DNA from: Felis catus | Lineage: Eukaryota | DNA length: 64,000 nucleotides | Assembly: GCF_018350175.1 (NCBI RefSeq) | Contig: NC_058368.1 | Coordinates: 22,942,001 to 23,006,000, forward strand | Reading direction: 5' to 3' | Position numbers and translations under genes: made by a program | The notes under the pieces: model-generated | Told to the model about the DNA's origin: nothing | The model's input: the letters and a program-made list of their open reading frames with translations, nothing else | Database searches by the model: none | In this document: in pieces, positions 12,981-27,819 of the stretch | Layout of the letters: the number at the start of each line of letters is the position of its first letter | How positions within the stretch are numbered: the stretch's first letter is position 1

Positions 12981-13945
12981 AGAAAATACATTATGGCTGG
13001 TTTTCAATAATCTGTATCCCAAAAGGTACTAGAAAGAATTTTTTTTAAAAAATTAACAAAACTATAAATAAGATCAAGAAAAAAAAAATCCAAAATATAT
13101 GGATAAAGAACTGAAGCATTTTTGGGAAGGGTAATTTGGGGACATTATTCTCTTATTCATTAAATTAATTCAATAGTTATTTATTAAAAGCCTACTAAGC
13201 ACCAAGTACTATTTTAACTGCTCAGAATACATCACTAACAAAATAAACATTCTTGTGTCCTGGAGCTGACATTTTAAAGGGAGGGGAAAGACAATAAACA
13301 AGAATCAGTTTAAATAAGTACACTATACACTATATTATAAAAAGAACAGAGTAAAGTGAATAGAGAATTTGAGAAAAAAAGTGAGATTAAACACTATTAA
13401 ACAGGGTGGTAGGTCTCACTGGAAGAGTGAAATCTGGGCAAAGACTGTCATTCTATGAACAAAGACATCATCTATTAAAATATCTATTAAATTTTGACCC
13501 AATGATTCCACCTCTAGCAATCTACACTACAGAAATCATGTTACTTGTGCATTAAATGTGGATAGAAGGATATTCATTGCATACAACATTTATAGTATCA
13601 AATATTCAAAAATAAACTATATGTTTACCAAGAGGGGAACACGTAAATAAATTATATGTCCATACAATAGAAAATACATTTACTAAAAATATCAAGCTAA
13701 CCCCAAAGGGCGAGATACTCTTCAAGACACATGGCTACGTGAAAAAAGCAAGGTGCAGAACAATGCAAAAGCAAGGTGCAGAACATTGCAAAAGCTAGAA
13801 ACTTTTATTAGTCGCTTTTGGAGGGAAAATGTAGGTGGCTGAGGGATAGGAATGACAGCAACTTTTCACTATTTACATTTTTATTTCTCTTGAATCTTGA
13901 ACCATGTGAGTCTAATGCCTACTCCAATAATAATAAAAAGTAATT

Positions 13946-14164
13946 GGGGCGCCTGGGTGGCGCAGTCGGTTAAGCGTCTGACTTCAGCCAGGTCACGATC
14001 TCGCGATCCATGAGTTCGAGCCCCGCGTCAGGCTCTGGGCTGATGGCTCAGAGCCTGGAGCCTGTTTCCGATTCTGTGTCTCCCTCTCTCTCTGCCCCTC
14101 CCCCGTTCATGCTCTGTCTCTCTCTGTCCCAAAAATAAATAAACGTTGAAAAAAAATTTTTTTA
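13946..14164 (+). mobile_element. Young SINEC_Fc1-type SINE
   Basis: Nearly identical to the 5423 copy; perfect TSD aataataaaaagtaat (13929-13944 / 14165-14180). Confidence 0.96.
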
Positions 14165-14340
14165 AATAATAAAAAGTAATGAATTTTTAAAAAGTGTAAA
14201 TAAATAATAAAACCTCAATTAGGTAAAATAAAAATCCTTGTGTGTGTGTGGTAAGGTTAAAGGAGGAAGGATTGGAGGTACAAAGTGAATAAAAAAATCT
14301 ATCAATGGTTCTTTCTACAAAGGTAGGAATAGAAAGAAGT

Positions 14341-14342
<2 letters not shown>

Positions 14343-14387
<45 letters not shown>

Positions 14388-14396
14388 TATATATAT
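14343..14396. repeat. (TA)n microsatellite, interrupted
   Basis: Direct reading. Confidence 0.95.
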
Positions 14397-14959
14397 TCAC
14401 TTTTTACTCTATTACTATAAAACCTGATCTCTTAAAAACAAGTACATTTGAACTTTGAGTATATGATTTTTTCTTTGAAATTTTGAAAGCCAAATATAAT
14501 GATGATAAAAAATAACAGGAGAGATGTTAGTATCTGAAAAACTGCATGCTATAATGCCTTGGAAGTTGATATCCAAAATAGTAAATAATCAGTTACAAGA
14601 TTCATGGTGACCACAAAATTAAATAAATCAGTTCTCAGAAGAAGCCAAGCTGATCTTTATTCACAGATGAGGATAAAACTCCTTGCATAGGCCCAGAAGA
14701 AAATACACTGCAGTAAATAATACTGCCTAACACTGAAAACTTTAATGAAGGAAAAGCAATTTTAAAAGGAGGCAGCCCAATTATACATTATTATAATAAT
14801 TTCACTGTATGTAATTATATATTAGACATATCTGAGTATTTCATGATGAAAGTTCATAATGAACTTTAATAATGTTATCTGCTATACATATTAAGTATAA
14901 AACATTAAATGGTGGAAAAAATAGGAAAGAAACAGTTAAGGAAAGAGAATAGAAAAGTG

Positions 14960-16320
14960 GGGGGAAAAAAATCAAACCAAAAATGGTTTTTTAAGGAGAT
15001 CACCAAAATAGAGAAACTTTTAGTTAGACTCACCAAGACAAAAGGCTTAAGTTAGCTAAAATTAGGAATGAAATAAGGACATTAAGACCAACCTTATAGA
15101 AATAAAAAGAATTGTAACATGAATGCTATAAATAACCACATGCCAACAAATTAGATAACATAGATGAAATGGACAAATTCCTTGAAAAGGACAAACTACC
15201 AAAACTGACTCAAAAATAAACAATCTGAATAGACCTACAGTAAAAGATAGAATAGTAATTTTAGAACTTCCCATAGGGAAAATTCCAGGCCCAGATAGCT
15301 TCACCGATGAATTCCAAACATTTTAAAAGGAATTAATATCAACTCATCAAATTCCCATAAAAATCTCTTAAGAGGGAAGATTCCCCAACTTATTCTGTGA
15401 GAAACCACTATTACCCTGATACTAAAATCAAACAAAGATATTACAAGGAAAGACAACAGAGAGAAAATCTATGAGTATAAGCCAAAAATCCTCAAGAAAA
15501 TACTAGCAAACCAAATTCACAAACATATACAAAAGATTATACACAATGACCAAGTAAGACTTATCCTAGAAATGCAATGCTGGCTTACGATCTGAAAATC
15601 AATTAATGTAATACCAATAAAAGAAAAAAATCACATATCATATATCAATAGACACAGAAAAATCATTTGGCAAATCCAAAATCATCTGATAAAACACTAA
15701 ATGCAAGAGGAAGAAAAGGGAACTTCCTCAACCTGATGAAAGGCATCAAAAAGATCAGGAAAGACAACAATGCCCCTCTTGCTATTCTATTCACCAATGT
15801 ACTGGATGTTCTAGTCAGGGCAATTAGGGAAGAAAAACAAATAAAAACGTATCAAGAAAAGAAAGAAGTCAAACTATCTGTATCTGCAGACAATGTGATC
15901 CTGTATAAATAAAATCCTAAGGAATTTACTAAGACACTATTTGAACTAATAAATTTAGCAAGTTTGCAGGGGACAAAATAAACACACAAAAATCAACTGT
16001 ATTTCTATACACCAGCAATGAATAAACTGAAAACGAAATTAAGAAAACAATTCTATGTATAATATCATGAACAAGAATAAAATACTTAGGAATAATTTTT
16101 AAGGTAAGACTTGTACTCTAAAACCCAAAAATATCACTGAAAGTCAACAACATCTAGATAAATGCAAAGAGACATTTCATGCTCACAAATCTGAAGACTT
16201 AATATTGTTAAGATGGCAATACTCCCCAAATTGATCTACTGATCTGCCATAATCCCTATTGAAATACCAACTGTCTTTCTAATAGAAATTGACAAATTCA
16301 TTGTAAAATCCATATGGAGA
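14960..16320 (+). mobile_element. Old L1M ORF2 fragment
   Basis: Degenerate ORF2 motifs (ccaggcccagatagcttcac; tctgcagacaatgtgatc) with many indels. Confidence 0.85.
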
Positions 16321-19300
16321 GAGGATTCTGAGAAGATGGCAGAGTAAGAAGCAGAAATCTCTCTCTCTACCTAGATAACAATTATACTGAAGGAATGTCT
16401 TTGATGTATCTATTTTGTAACTCTGGAGTCTATTAAAGGCTTTCGATTTCCAGGGAAAGGCACAGACCACAAATTATGGCTAATTTCTCTTGATTTCAGC
16501 TCTTAAAACAGTAGCAGCTACTCTTGCCAACCCTCAGCTACCCTGCAGGCAGCTGTGCACATGTTCCTGGAATAGCTTACACACAGTCCACAGGAGTCAG
16601 AGTGAGCAAAAAGGACTCTTTCAAATTTCAGAGATATATGTTCTAATCACTGACTGCTGCTACTCATCACAGAAATGCAAAGAAGTGGGGGCTACTGTTG
16701 TGCCTCCTCCTTTGGTTGAAGTGACTTCGAGGGGATTTAAAGGATCTGTGCCTTTTTCTTTTTCCACTTTTGGGAGTGAGACATCAATAACTAGATAACT
16801 GTAAAGCAATCACATATACAAAGAAAATAAAAAAGACAGTGCATGTTCAGAGAAGTCACAGGCTCAGAAAAGACCTGAGAAGACCTTAATCTTATACCCC
16901 ACACTGATTTTTGGCAGAAACATGCACTACAACAACCAAAAAAGAAAACAAAATGAAAAATAAAACCCAAAAAACAGCAAGCCCTAGGAAAAAAAGGAGA
17001 ATCTGATTTTCAGACTTACCACATTACTGGATTCAAATGTCCAGTTTTCCACAAAAAAGAATCACAAAACATATAAAGAAACAGGAAAGTATGACTCACT
17101 CAAAGGGAAAAAAAAAGACCAACAGAAACTGTTGTTGAAAAAGAACTGATGGCAGATATACTAGATGAAGAATTTAAAACAATGATCCTAAAGATGCTCA
17201 AAGAACAAAAGGAAGACATGAACAAAGTCAAGAAAATGACAAACAAAATGGAAATATCAAGAGAAAGAAAATCTAAAAAGAAATAAAAAAAAATTCTGGA
17301 GCTGGAAAGTATATAACTAAAATGAAAAATTCACCTAGAGAGATTCAAAGGTAGAAGAAAAAAAACAACAAACATGAAGATAGGATAATGGAAAGTATAG
17401 AGTCTGGGAAACAGAAAACAAATTGAAGAAAAGGAAACAAAGACTAAGGGACCTACAGGACACCATCATATGATTTCCCCAAGGAAAAGAGAGAGAAAAG
17501 GGCAGAGAGAATATTTAAAGAAATAATGGCCAAAAACTTCCAAAATGTGTTAAAAGATGAATATAAACATCCAAGAAACTCAACAAACTCCAAGTATGAT
17601 GAACTGAAAGACACTCCTACCAGGACATACTATAATCAAGATGTCAAAAGTTCAAGTCAAAGGCAGAATTTATAAAGCAGCAAGAAAGAAGCAACTCATC
17701 ATGTACAAAGAAGCTTCAGTGATTATCAACAGATTTCTCATTAGAAATTCTGAAGGCCAGAGGTAGTACGCTGATATATTAAAAATGCTCAAAGGAAAAA
17801 ACTGTCAGCCAAGACTGCTATATCCAACAAAACTATCCTTCAAAAATCAAAGAGAAAGTAAGACATTCCGGGATAAACAGAAGTTGAGGGAGTTCATTAC
17901 CACTAAACATGCCCTGTGAACAATGCTAATGGGAGTCTTGAAGATTGAAATGAAAAGAGTAACTCAAAACCATAAAAATAAAAATTTCAATAAAAGTAAA
18001 CACATAGACAACTAGAAAAGTTACTATTATTGTAAGAATGGTGTATAACTCCACTTTTTGTTTTCTACATAAGACTAATGAATTAAACTATTAGTTATGT
18101 TTTGAACTCACAGTGTATGAAGATGTAATTTTGTGACATCAACAACTAAAAGAGTTGGATATAGAGCTGTTGAAGGGGTACAGTTTTTACGTCACTGAAG
18201 TTAGTCTGAAATAAATTCAAATTACAGTGTTATAACTTTAGGATGTTAAATGAACCACAATCGTAGCTACAAAGAAAATAGCTGAAGAATATATACAAGA
18301 GGAAATAAAAGTAATTTTGATATTTCACAACAAAAATCCGCCTAAACACAAAAGAATTACTGAAAACAGATAATCGACAGAAAGAAAAAACAAACCAGAA
18401 TGAAACCAAAAGCTGATTCTCTGAAAAGAGTAATATAACTGAGAAGCCTATATTTATATTAACTGAAGAAAGAGAAGACAAATTGCTTCTATAAGAAATG
18501 AAAAAAAATAACTACAGATCCTATGGAAATTAAAAGGATAATAGAGTATTATAAACAATTCTATACCCACAAATCCAAAAACCTAGATGAAATAAACCAA
18601 TCCCTTCAAAGACACAATCTGCCAAAACTCACACACAAAAAATATACACTCTGAATATACCTCTAATATATTAAAAAAAATTGAATCAATAACCATTCAA
18701 AACAGAAAGCACTAGACACAGAAGAATTCACTGGTGAATTCTAACAAACATTTAAGGAAAAAATTATACCAATTCTCTATAATCTCTTCCAGAAGACAGA
18801 AGCAAAGGAAATACTTTCTAAGTCATTGCATGAAGTAGCATTACCACAATACTAAACCCAGACAAATACATTACAAGGAAAAAAAAAAATACAGACCAGT
18901 ATTTATCATGCATATAGAAACAAAAATCCTCCACAGATTACTAGAAAATTGAATCAACAATGTATAATAAGAGTTATATACCTGACAAATTGGGATTTAT
19001 TCCAGGTATGCAACATTCAAAAACCAATTAATGTAATACATCACATCAACAAGATGAAAAAAATGTCATGATCATATCAAGAGATGTAAAAACAGCATTT
19101 AACAAAATCCAACACCTGATAAAACTTCTCAACAAAAACGAATAAAGCACTTCCCCAATTTGATAAAGAACATCTATAAACAACCTACAACTAACCTCAT
19201 ACTTAATGGTGAGAAACTACAAGCTTTCCCATTAAAGATAAGGAACAAAGCAAGGGTGTTGGCTCTCACTGCTCCTTTTCAGTATCATACTGTAAGTCCT

Positions 19301-20825
19301 ATAAAATGCACTAAGACCAGAAAATGAATAAAACGTATACATATTGGGAAGAAAAAAAAAACTGTTTGCAAATGATATGACTATTTAGAAAATCTTGAAG
19401 AACTGACAAAAATTCCTGGACCTAATAAGTGATTATATCAGGGTTACAAAATGCAAGATTAGTATACATAACTCAATAACTTTCCTATACACCAACAGTG
19501 AACAAGTAGGGTGTGGAATAAAAAACAAAATACCACTCATATTAGCACTCCAAAAATGAAATATTTAGGTATAAACCTAACAAAATATAAAATATGTACC
19601 AGATGTATACAAGAAAAACTACAAAACTGGTGAATGAAATCAAGGAACTAAAATAAATAGAGATATTCCATACTTATAAATAGGAAAACAAGACATCAGT
19701 TTTTCCCAAATTGACCCATAGATCTAACACAACCTCAATCAAAATCCCAGCAAGTTATTTTGTGAATATTGACACAGTGATTCTAAAGTTGATATGAAGA
19801 GGCAAAAGAGCTCAAACAGCCAGTATAATATTGAAAAAGATAACAAAGTCAGAGGACTAACACTATCCAATCTCAAGATTTATAAAGCTACAATAATCAA
19901 GACACTGTGATACTGGTGAAAAAACCGACAAATAGATCAATGGAACAGACAGTCCAGAAATAGACCCACACTAATATAGTCAACTGATCTTTGACAATAA
20001 TGAAGGAAAAATGTATTTTCCACAAACAGTATTAGAACAACTGGATATACACCTGCAAAACAATGAATCTAGACACACAGACCTTATACCCTTCACAAAA
20101 ATTAACTCAAAAGGGATCACAGACCTAAACATAAAATGGAAAACTATAAAATTCCTAAAAGGTAAAATAAGGAAAATCTGGTTGACCTTAGGTTCGGCAA
20201 AGACTTTTCTTTAATTTAGGTATGATTGGAGTATAACATATTAGTTTCTGGTGTACAACATTATGATTCAATATTTGTGTATGTTGTGAAAGGATCACAA
20301 TAAGTCTATGTAACATCCCTCACCACACATAATTACAATGTTTTTTCTCGTGAACTTCTAAGGTATACTCTCTCAGCAACTTTTAAATATAAAATACAAA
20401 ATTAACTATAGTCACCATGTTTTACATTACTTATTTATTTAATTAGTTATTTAATAAGTCATCTCATGACTTGGTTGTTTTTAACTGGAAGACTATACTT
20501 TTGGATCACCTTCATCCATACTGCCCATCCGCTAAAGGTTACCTACCTGTGGTAACCACCAATCTGATCTCTGTAAGTTCAGTTTTTTTAGATCCTACAT
20601 ATAAGTGAGGTCACATGGCATTTGTCCTTCTCTGATTGATTTATTTCACTTAACATAAGGTCCTCAAGATCTCTCCATGTTGTTGCAATGTTAAGATTTC
20701 TTTCTTTATTATGGCAGAATAATATTCCACTATATTTATATATGTATGTATGTATATATGTATGCATATATATATACACACACATATACATACACACACA
20801 CACACAGACATATATATATGTGTGT

Positions 20826-20873
<48 letters not shown>

Positions 20874-22990
20874 ACACACACACACCCAGAAGTAGAATGA
20901 TGGATCATATGGTAGTTCTATTTTCAATTTTTAAAAAAACCTTCATATTGTTTTGCATATTGCTGTACCAGTTTATATGCTCACCAACAATGCACCAGAG
21001 TCCCTTTTCTCTAAGTCTTCACCAACACTTATTATTTCTTGTCTTTTTTGGTAACAGTCATTCTAACTGATGTGAAGGGATATCTCATTGTGGTTTTGAT
21101 TTGCATTTCCCTGATGATGAGTGATGCTAAGCATCTTTTCATGCACCTGTTGGCCATATGCATCTCCTTTGGGAAAATGTCTATTCAAATCCTCTGCCCA
21201 TCTTTTAACTGGATTGTTGGCTTCTTTGCCATTGAGTTTTTTTATGTATCTTAGAAATGAACCCTGTATCAGATATATGATTTGCAAATACATTCTCCTA
21301 TTCAGTAGGTTGCCTTTTCATTTTGTTGACGGTTTCCTTTGTTGAGCAGAAGCTTTTTAGTTCGATATATTCCCACTTGCTTGTTTTTACTTTTGGTGCC
21401 TTTGCTTTTGCTATCAATCCCAAAAAATCATTACCAAAATCAATGTCAAGGAGCTTACCATTTACATCTTCTTCTAGTTTTAGGCTTTTAGGTCTTATGT
21501 TCAAGTCTTAATCCATTTGGAGTTGATGTTTATGTATGGTACAAAATAGTGGTCCAGTTTCATTCACATTTGGCTGTCCAGTTTTCTCAGTACCATCTTT
21601 TGAAGAGACTGTCCTATCCCCATTTTATATTCTTGGCTCCTTTTGTAATAAATTAATTGGCCATATATGCATGGACTTATTTCTGGGATATTCCACAGCA
21701 TTTATCTAGGAGTCTGTTTTTATGCCAACTCCATACTGTTTTGATTACTACAGCTTTGTAATATAGTTTGAAATCAGAAAGCATGATGGCAATGACTTTT
21801 TAGATACAACACCAAAGGCAAGATTCACCAAAGGAAGAACTGATAACCTAGACTTCATTAATCATTTCTGCTGCATGAAAGACACTGTCAAGAAAACAAG
21901 AAGTCAAGGCACAGAAGGAGAAAATATTTTCAAAAGATGTATTTGATAAAGAACTGTTAACCAAAATACACAAACTCTTAAAATTCCACAAGAAAATGAA
22001 CTGATTAAAAAATGGGCACATGGTCTGAATAGGTATCTCTCAAAAAAAGTGTACTGATAGCAAGTAAGCATATGAAAAAATATTCTACATCATATGCCAT
22101 TAGAGAATTGCAAATTAAAACAATGAGATACTGCACCTATTACCATGGCCAAATTCCAAAACGCTGACAACACCAAATGCTGCTGAGAATGTAGAGCAAA
22201 AAGAACTTCCATTACCAGTGGAAATTCAAAATGATGCAGCCACTTTGGAAAACAGTTTGGCACTTTCTTATAAACAAACTCTTACCATAGGATCCAGAAA
22301 TCACTGTCCTTGGTATTTACCCAAAGAGCTGAAAACTTCTATCCCCATAAAAACTTATACATGGGTTTTTAGAGTGGCTTTATTCATAACTGCCAAAACT
22401 GGGAACCAACAAAGATGTCCTTCAGTAGATGACTTGATAAACAAAAAATGGTACATCTAAATAATGGAATATTATTCAGGGCTAAAAAAAAAAAAATGAG
22501 CTATCAAAACATTCAAGACACAGAGCACCTCAAATACACATAACTAAGGGAAAAGAAGCCAAACTGAAAAGGCTAGAAACTATGTGATTCCAACTATATG
22601 ACATTCTAAAAAAGACAAAACTATGTAGACAGTAAAAAGATCAGTCGTTGCTGTGGTGGGGGAGGAAAAGGAGGAATAAGCAGAGCACAGAGAATTTTCA
22701 GGGCAGTGAAAATACTCTGTATGATATTTCAATGATCAGTACATGCTATTACACAAATTTGTCCCAATGTAGAAAATAATATACCAAGAGTGAAGCCTAA
22801 GGTAAATTATGCACTTTGGGTGATTATGATGTGTCAATGAAGGCTCAACTATAATAAATATACCACTCTAGTGCAGGATATTGATAGCGGGGAAGGCTGC
22901 GAATATTGGGAACAGGGGGTATGTGGGAAATTTGTGTGCTTTTTCCTCAGTTTTACTGTGAACCTAACAATGCTCTAAAAAAAACAACAT
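16321..22990 (+). mobile_element. Old, largely complete but internally deleted L1 (L1MC-like 3' end)
   Basis: 5' end aagatggcagag, ORF1 remnants ~17080-17950, ORF2 remnants, L1MC-type 3'UTR ending ...gaacctaacaatgctctaaaa. Confidence 0.8.
20209..21787 (-). mobile_element. 5'-truncated L1 (L1MA9/carnivore-like) nested in the older L1
   Basis: Reverse-strand ORF2 end and 3'UTR; TSD ggcaa(a/t)gactttt at 20196-20208 and 21788-21800; host L1 resumes at 21788. Confidence 0.88.
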
Positions 22991-23009
22991 CTACTAAGAA
23001 GCAGATTTT

Positions 23010-24915
23010 GAAAAGGAGGGAAAAAAGTCCTTCCTGAAAATTTAACAACTTAGATGATATGCACAAATTCCATGTAAGACACAAATTATTAATATATACT
23101 CAGGAAGAAACAGATAACCTAAATAATACTATATCTATTACAGAAATTGAGTAAAAAGTTTAAAATTTGCCCAAAAACTCCAAAGATAACGTCACTAATG
23201 AATTTTACCAAGTGAACATATGTTAACCAGGACAGAACACAAAGATGAGCCATAAAACAAGTCTCAATAAATTTTGAAGGACTGGAAAATAATCTAATAT
23301 AAGGTTTTTGATCTACATCTTTTTCTGGAGTAATATGTATGTCTATGTACATTAGCAGTAAGTATTTTTTTTTATTTGAGAGAGAATGAGCACGGGGGGG
23401 GGGGGGGGGGAGAGATTGAGAGTTGAGTTATTGAGAGAGAATGAATCCCAAGAAGGCTTCACACTCAGGACAGAGCCCAATGTGGGGCTTGATCCCACAA
23501 CTCTGGGACCATGACCTGAGCTGAAATCAAGAGTTGGATGCTCAACTGACTGAGCCAGCCAGGCACCCCTGGCAGTATGTATTTTAAAAACATATCTAGG
23601 AATTAACTCAAGTCTCCTTAATATTTGAGAGAATACTAATCTATACATCCAAGAAGATCAACAAACTCCAAATGGGAAAAATGCAAAGATATCTACACCC
23701 AGACACATCACACTAAAAAAGTTTAAGAACAAAAATAGAGAAAATCTTAAAAACATCAAGAGAATAAAGGATTTATCAATACAAATGAAATCACTGTAAG
23801 ATTAACAGCTGACTTCTCATCAGAAACAATGAAGTTGAGGAAGGAATTAATGATCTATTCAGAGAGCTGAAAGAATAAAACCATGAACTAATAATCCTAT
23901 ATCCAGCAAATCTATCTTTCAAAAATCAAAGCAAAATAAAGGTATTCCCATATTAACAAAAAATGAAAGAACTAAAACCAAACCTGCCTTACAAGACGTA
24001 CTAAAGAATTTCTTCAGGCTAAGAGGAAATGACAATAGACTATAATTAAAATCTACACGAATAATGTGTGTAAAGGTAAATAGGTAATGACAAAATATAG
24101 TATCATTGCATATTTCTCTTTCCTTCCAACTGATTTTAAAAAGCAATTGTTTTTTTAAAAAATCTAAAATTTTACTGTCAGGCCTATAACATAAAGATAT
24201 GTAGTATGTTTGATAATAACAACATAAAAAAAGATGGTGGGAATGAAACCACATTGGAATAAGGAAATGATACCAGATAATAACTTGGATTCACATTTAA
24301 GATGGAAGAGAAGAGGGGCACCTGGGTGGCTCAGTCAGTTAAGTGTCCGACTTCAGCTCAGGTCATGACCTTGCAGTTCACGAGTTCGAGCCCCGCGTTG
24401 AGCTCTGTGCTGACAGCTCAGAGCCTGGAGCCTGCTTGGGATTCTGTGTCTCCCTCTCCCTCCCTGTTCATCCCCTACCCGTACTCTGTCTCTCTCTGTC
24501 TCTCTCTCTCTCTCTCAAAGGTAAATAAACATTTTAAAAAATTTTTTAAAAAGGAAGAGGCGATTAAATTTTACAAAAGGGGGGAGGTGGAGAAAGAGGT
24601 GGAACAGAACAAGGAATAATAGAGAACCAAAAATGTTGAATTTAAAAAAGTTAATATATGAATTTTTGAAAAACCTCTATAAATTTATTTATCATCTGCT
24701 TATTTCTCTTACATTCTTGTGTTTCTAAGATATACAGACATAGTATGTATAAAAATACCATAAAAAAGGAAGGAGAGATTAGAACTGTGTAATAGTAAAC
24801 TTTTTGTTATCTTAATGGAATTAAATCGGTAAAATCTGGTAAGTTAAGATGTGTATTGCAAGCCACAGAGTAACCACTAAGAAAAATTTTTAAAAACGTG
24901 AAAAATATTTTACTG
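23010..24915 (+). mobile_element. Old L1 fragments (ORF2 piece, ORF1 3' half, inter-ORF) with two nested Can-SINEs (~23365-23570 minus; ~24316-24550 plus)
   Basis: ORF1-like text (aagattaacagctgacttctcatcagaaacaatg); SINE heads and tails. Confidence 0.7.
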
Positions 24916-24932
24916 AGGATTTCTGCTTCAAC

Positions 24933-25129
24933 TTTTTTTTAATGTTTTATTTATTTTTGAGAGAGAGAATGTGAGCAAGGGAGAGGCAGAGAACCAGAGG
25001 TACATAAGATCCAAAGTGGGCTCTGCACTGACAGCAGCAGGCCTGATGGAGGGCTCGAACCCATGAACCAAGAGATCATGACCTGAGCCGAAGTCAGACG
25101 CTCAACCACCTGAGCCACGTGGGTGCCCC
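24933..25129 (-). mobile_element. Can-SINE
   Basis: Reverse SINE; TSD tctgct(t/c)caactttt. Confidence 0.88.
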
Positions 25130-25647
25130 TCTGCTCCAACTTTTGATGAAGTAACTAGGGCCAGATTTATGGTTCTGCCCAAAATAAACAAACAAAAAAG
25201 AAAAGAAAATGGAAACAGATACATAATATAACTCAAGGCTCTAGACCTTAGACAATAAAGAGTAATCTCCAAGACTCAGGGAATATACAAGGTGAGCCCT
25301 ATAAATGTTTAAGCTACTTCCTGGTAAATAATTTCAGATAGCAGTGCAAGGAGGCAAAAACCAAGGACAGCCCAATGGTCTCCCTGGACTGGCTGGACAG
25401 AACTAGAAGTCTGAGGAAGTCAAAGCACCTAGAAATCCCAGTGCAGAGTACCAAAGAGAGCTACACAGAGAAACTCCAGAGATCTGCAATGGATTCCCCT
25501 CAATTAGCACATGCAGGTGAGGAACATTTATGGCTCACACCGGCTGGGAGTAGTGCCTGTTCCCAATGGCCAGAGGAGAAAACTTCATGGTAATACAAAG
25601 GGTATACATTAAAGAGGCTTACCTCAATAGAGTATATAATGCTAGAC

Positions 25648-25861
25648 AGGTGGTTGTTACCTAGTGATATTTTTACTTCCCAGTGGACATATGGCAATAA
25701 TCTGGGTACGATTTTCACAACTGGGCAGGGTGTACTACAGGTACCTAGTAGATTGAAGCCTGGGATCACGCCCCTAAACATTCTAAAACACACAAGACAG
25801 CCCCCGTAACAAAGAATTATCCAGCCCAAAATGTCAATAGTGGCAAAATTGAGAATCTCTG
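25648..25861 (+). mobile_element. MER20 (hAT-Charlie MITE)
   Basis: Matches recalled consensus: ...acagcccccgtaacaaagaattatccagcccaaaatgtcaatagtg...ttgagaa. Confidence 0.85.
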
Positions 25862-26183
25862 CCCTAGACTAAGCCCAACTCTAATGTCACCTAATAAATC
25901 TTAAAAGTAAAACCTGAAAGGATCAACCTGTGTCCAAAAAACTTAATGAACCCAGAAGAAAGATTAAGAATATTATCAGGAATACAAAAATTAATGAAAT
26001 ATCTAATACACAAATTTACAATGTCTACAGACAAATAAAAGTTATTAGATATACAAAAAACAGGAAAATAACCACAAAAAGGACAAAAATCCATTAGAAT
26101 TTAAAAAATCAGACATAGAATTATTAGATACGGACATTAAAACGGTTATTATAACAGTGCCTCATATTTTCAAGAAGCTATCC

Positions 26184-26362
26184 CAGAGGTGAGCAAACTA
26201 CAATCAAATCCAGCATGCCCATTTTTATAAAGTTATTGGAATACAGCCACACTTATTCATTTGCACTTTGTCTGTGACTGTTTTCATGCTACAATGACAG
26301 AGATTGCATCACCTAAAATTTGTATTATCTGACCCTTTACAGAAAAAGTTTGCCAACCTTTG
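26184..26362 (+). mobile_element. MER58A-like hAT-Charlie MITE
   Basis: cagaggtgagcaaacta...ctgaccctttacagaaaaagtttgccaacctttg. Confidence 0.8.
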
Positions 26363-26859
26363 AGCTATAGCAAAGATGTAATAAGCACAGACATAGAATA
26401 TATATTTTTTAAAAACCGCTAAATTCAACTTCTAAATATGAAAATTCTTAAATGTGAGGTGAGAAGTACACTGAATGGGATTAAAGGCAGGTAAATTTAA
26501 GGATAAAGCAAAAGGAATCATCCAAAATGAAATGCACAGCAAAGTAAACTGAAGACCAAAAATCTGAATCGAGGATCAATGAACGGTGGGAAAATGTCAC
26601 ATAGCTAAATATATACATATAATTAGAGACCATGAAGGAGAGAAGAGAAAGAAAAAGGACCAAAAAAAGCTTTATTTGAAGACATAATGGCCAAACTCTT
26701 TCCAAATTTGATGAAAACTATAAACCTACACATTCAAGAAGTAAAATGAACCTCAAACATGAAAATCTTAAAAACTACACCATTAAATATCATGATCAAA
26801 ATGCTGAAACACTCTAGGGAGAAAGAGAAGATCATAAAATACAACATTTCACATACAGA

Positions 26860-27279
26860 AGGTACCTGGGTGGCTTAGTCAGTTAAGCATCCCACTCTTG
26901 ATTTTCACTTAGGTCATGTTCATGGGTTTGAGCACTGCCTTAGGCTCCATACACAGTGTGGAGCCTGCTTGAGATTCTCTCTCCCTCTCTCTCTGCCCCT
27001 CACCCTGCTCCTGCTCTCTCTCTCTCTCAAAAATAAACAAAGTTAAAAAAACAAAAACAAAAAACAGGGGCTCCTGGGTGGCTCGGTCAGTTGAGCGTCT
27101 GACTTCAGCTCAGGTCATGATCTCGCAGTTCATGAGTTCAAGCCCCGCGTCAGCATGTCAGGCTCTGTGCTGACAGCTCAGAGCCTGGAGCCTGCTTCCA
27201 ATTCTGTGTCTACCTCTCTCTCTTCTCCTCCCGCTCTAATACTCTCTCAAAAATAAATAAACATAAAAAAAAACCACAA
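26860..27279 (+). mobile_element. Two head-to-tail Can-SINEs inside one TSD
   Basis: SINEs ~26860-27060 and ~27067-27275; outer TSD aacatttcacatacaga (26843-26859 / 27280-27296). Confidence 0.9.
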
Positions 27280-27819
27280 AACATTTCACATACAGAGAAA
27301 CAAAGATTTGGATGACAGCAGACTTCTCTTCGGAAACAATGCAAGCTAGAACACAGCAAGACAGCATCTTTAAAGTACTGGGGGAAAAAAGTCAAACTAC
27401 AATTTTTTAACCAGTGGAAATATCTTTTAAAAACTAAGGCAAAATACAGACCTTTTCAGATGTGCAAATGCTGAAAGAAATCATCACCATGTCTGATGTC
27501 TATAGAAAATGTTAAGGAAAATCCTTCAAGCAGAAGGAAATGACGCCAGATGGAAATATGGATCTTTATAAAAGAAGGACAAGCACTGGAAACGGTAGCT
27601 ACATGGCTATTTTAAAGACCCTTGTTTAAATTACTATTTAAATTTCCTTTAAAAAAATTGGTTAAAGCAAAAATAATAGCACCGTATTATGGGGTTTTAC
27701 ATATACAAGTAAAATGTATGACAATAGGACAAAGACCATGAGAGAAGACATGAAAAATATAGTGACATAGTTTTTATAATATACATTCAATAGTAAAAAT
27801 CATTTGGAAATAGACTATG

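Noticed and set aside
13744..13795. 23-bp tandem duplication (aaaagcaaggtgcagaaca(a/t)tgc x2); similar 25-bp duplication at ~34652-34699
   Set aside because: Two-copy slippage duplications with no spacers; not CRISPR-like and no sign of function
20588..21070. ORFs rich in YI/HT/CV repeats (also at 46613-46840, 53096-53338, 62621-62931)
   Set aside because: Translations of dinucleotide microsatellites
23394..23410. G17 homopolymer as a regulatory G-quadruplex
   Set aside because: Expansion of the C-rich tract within a SINE; no supporting context
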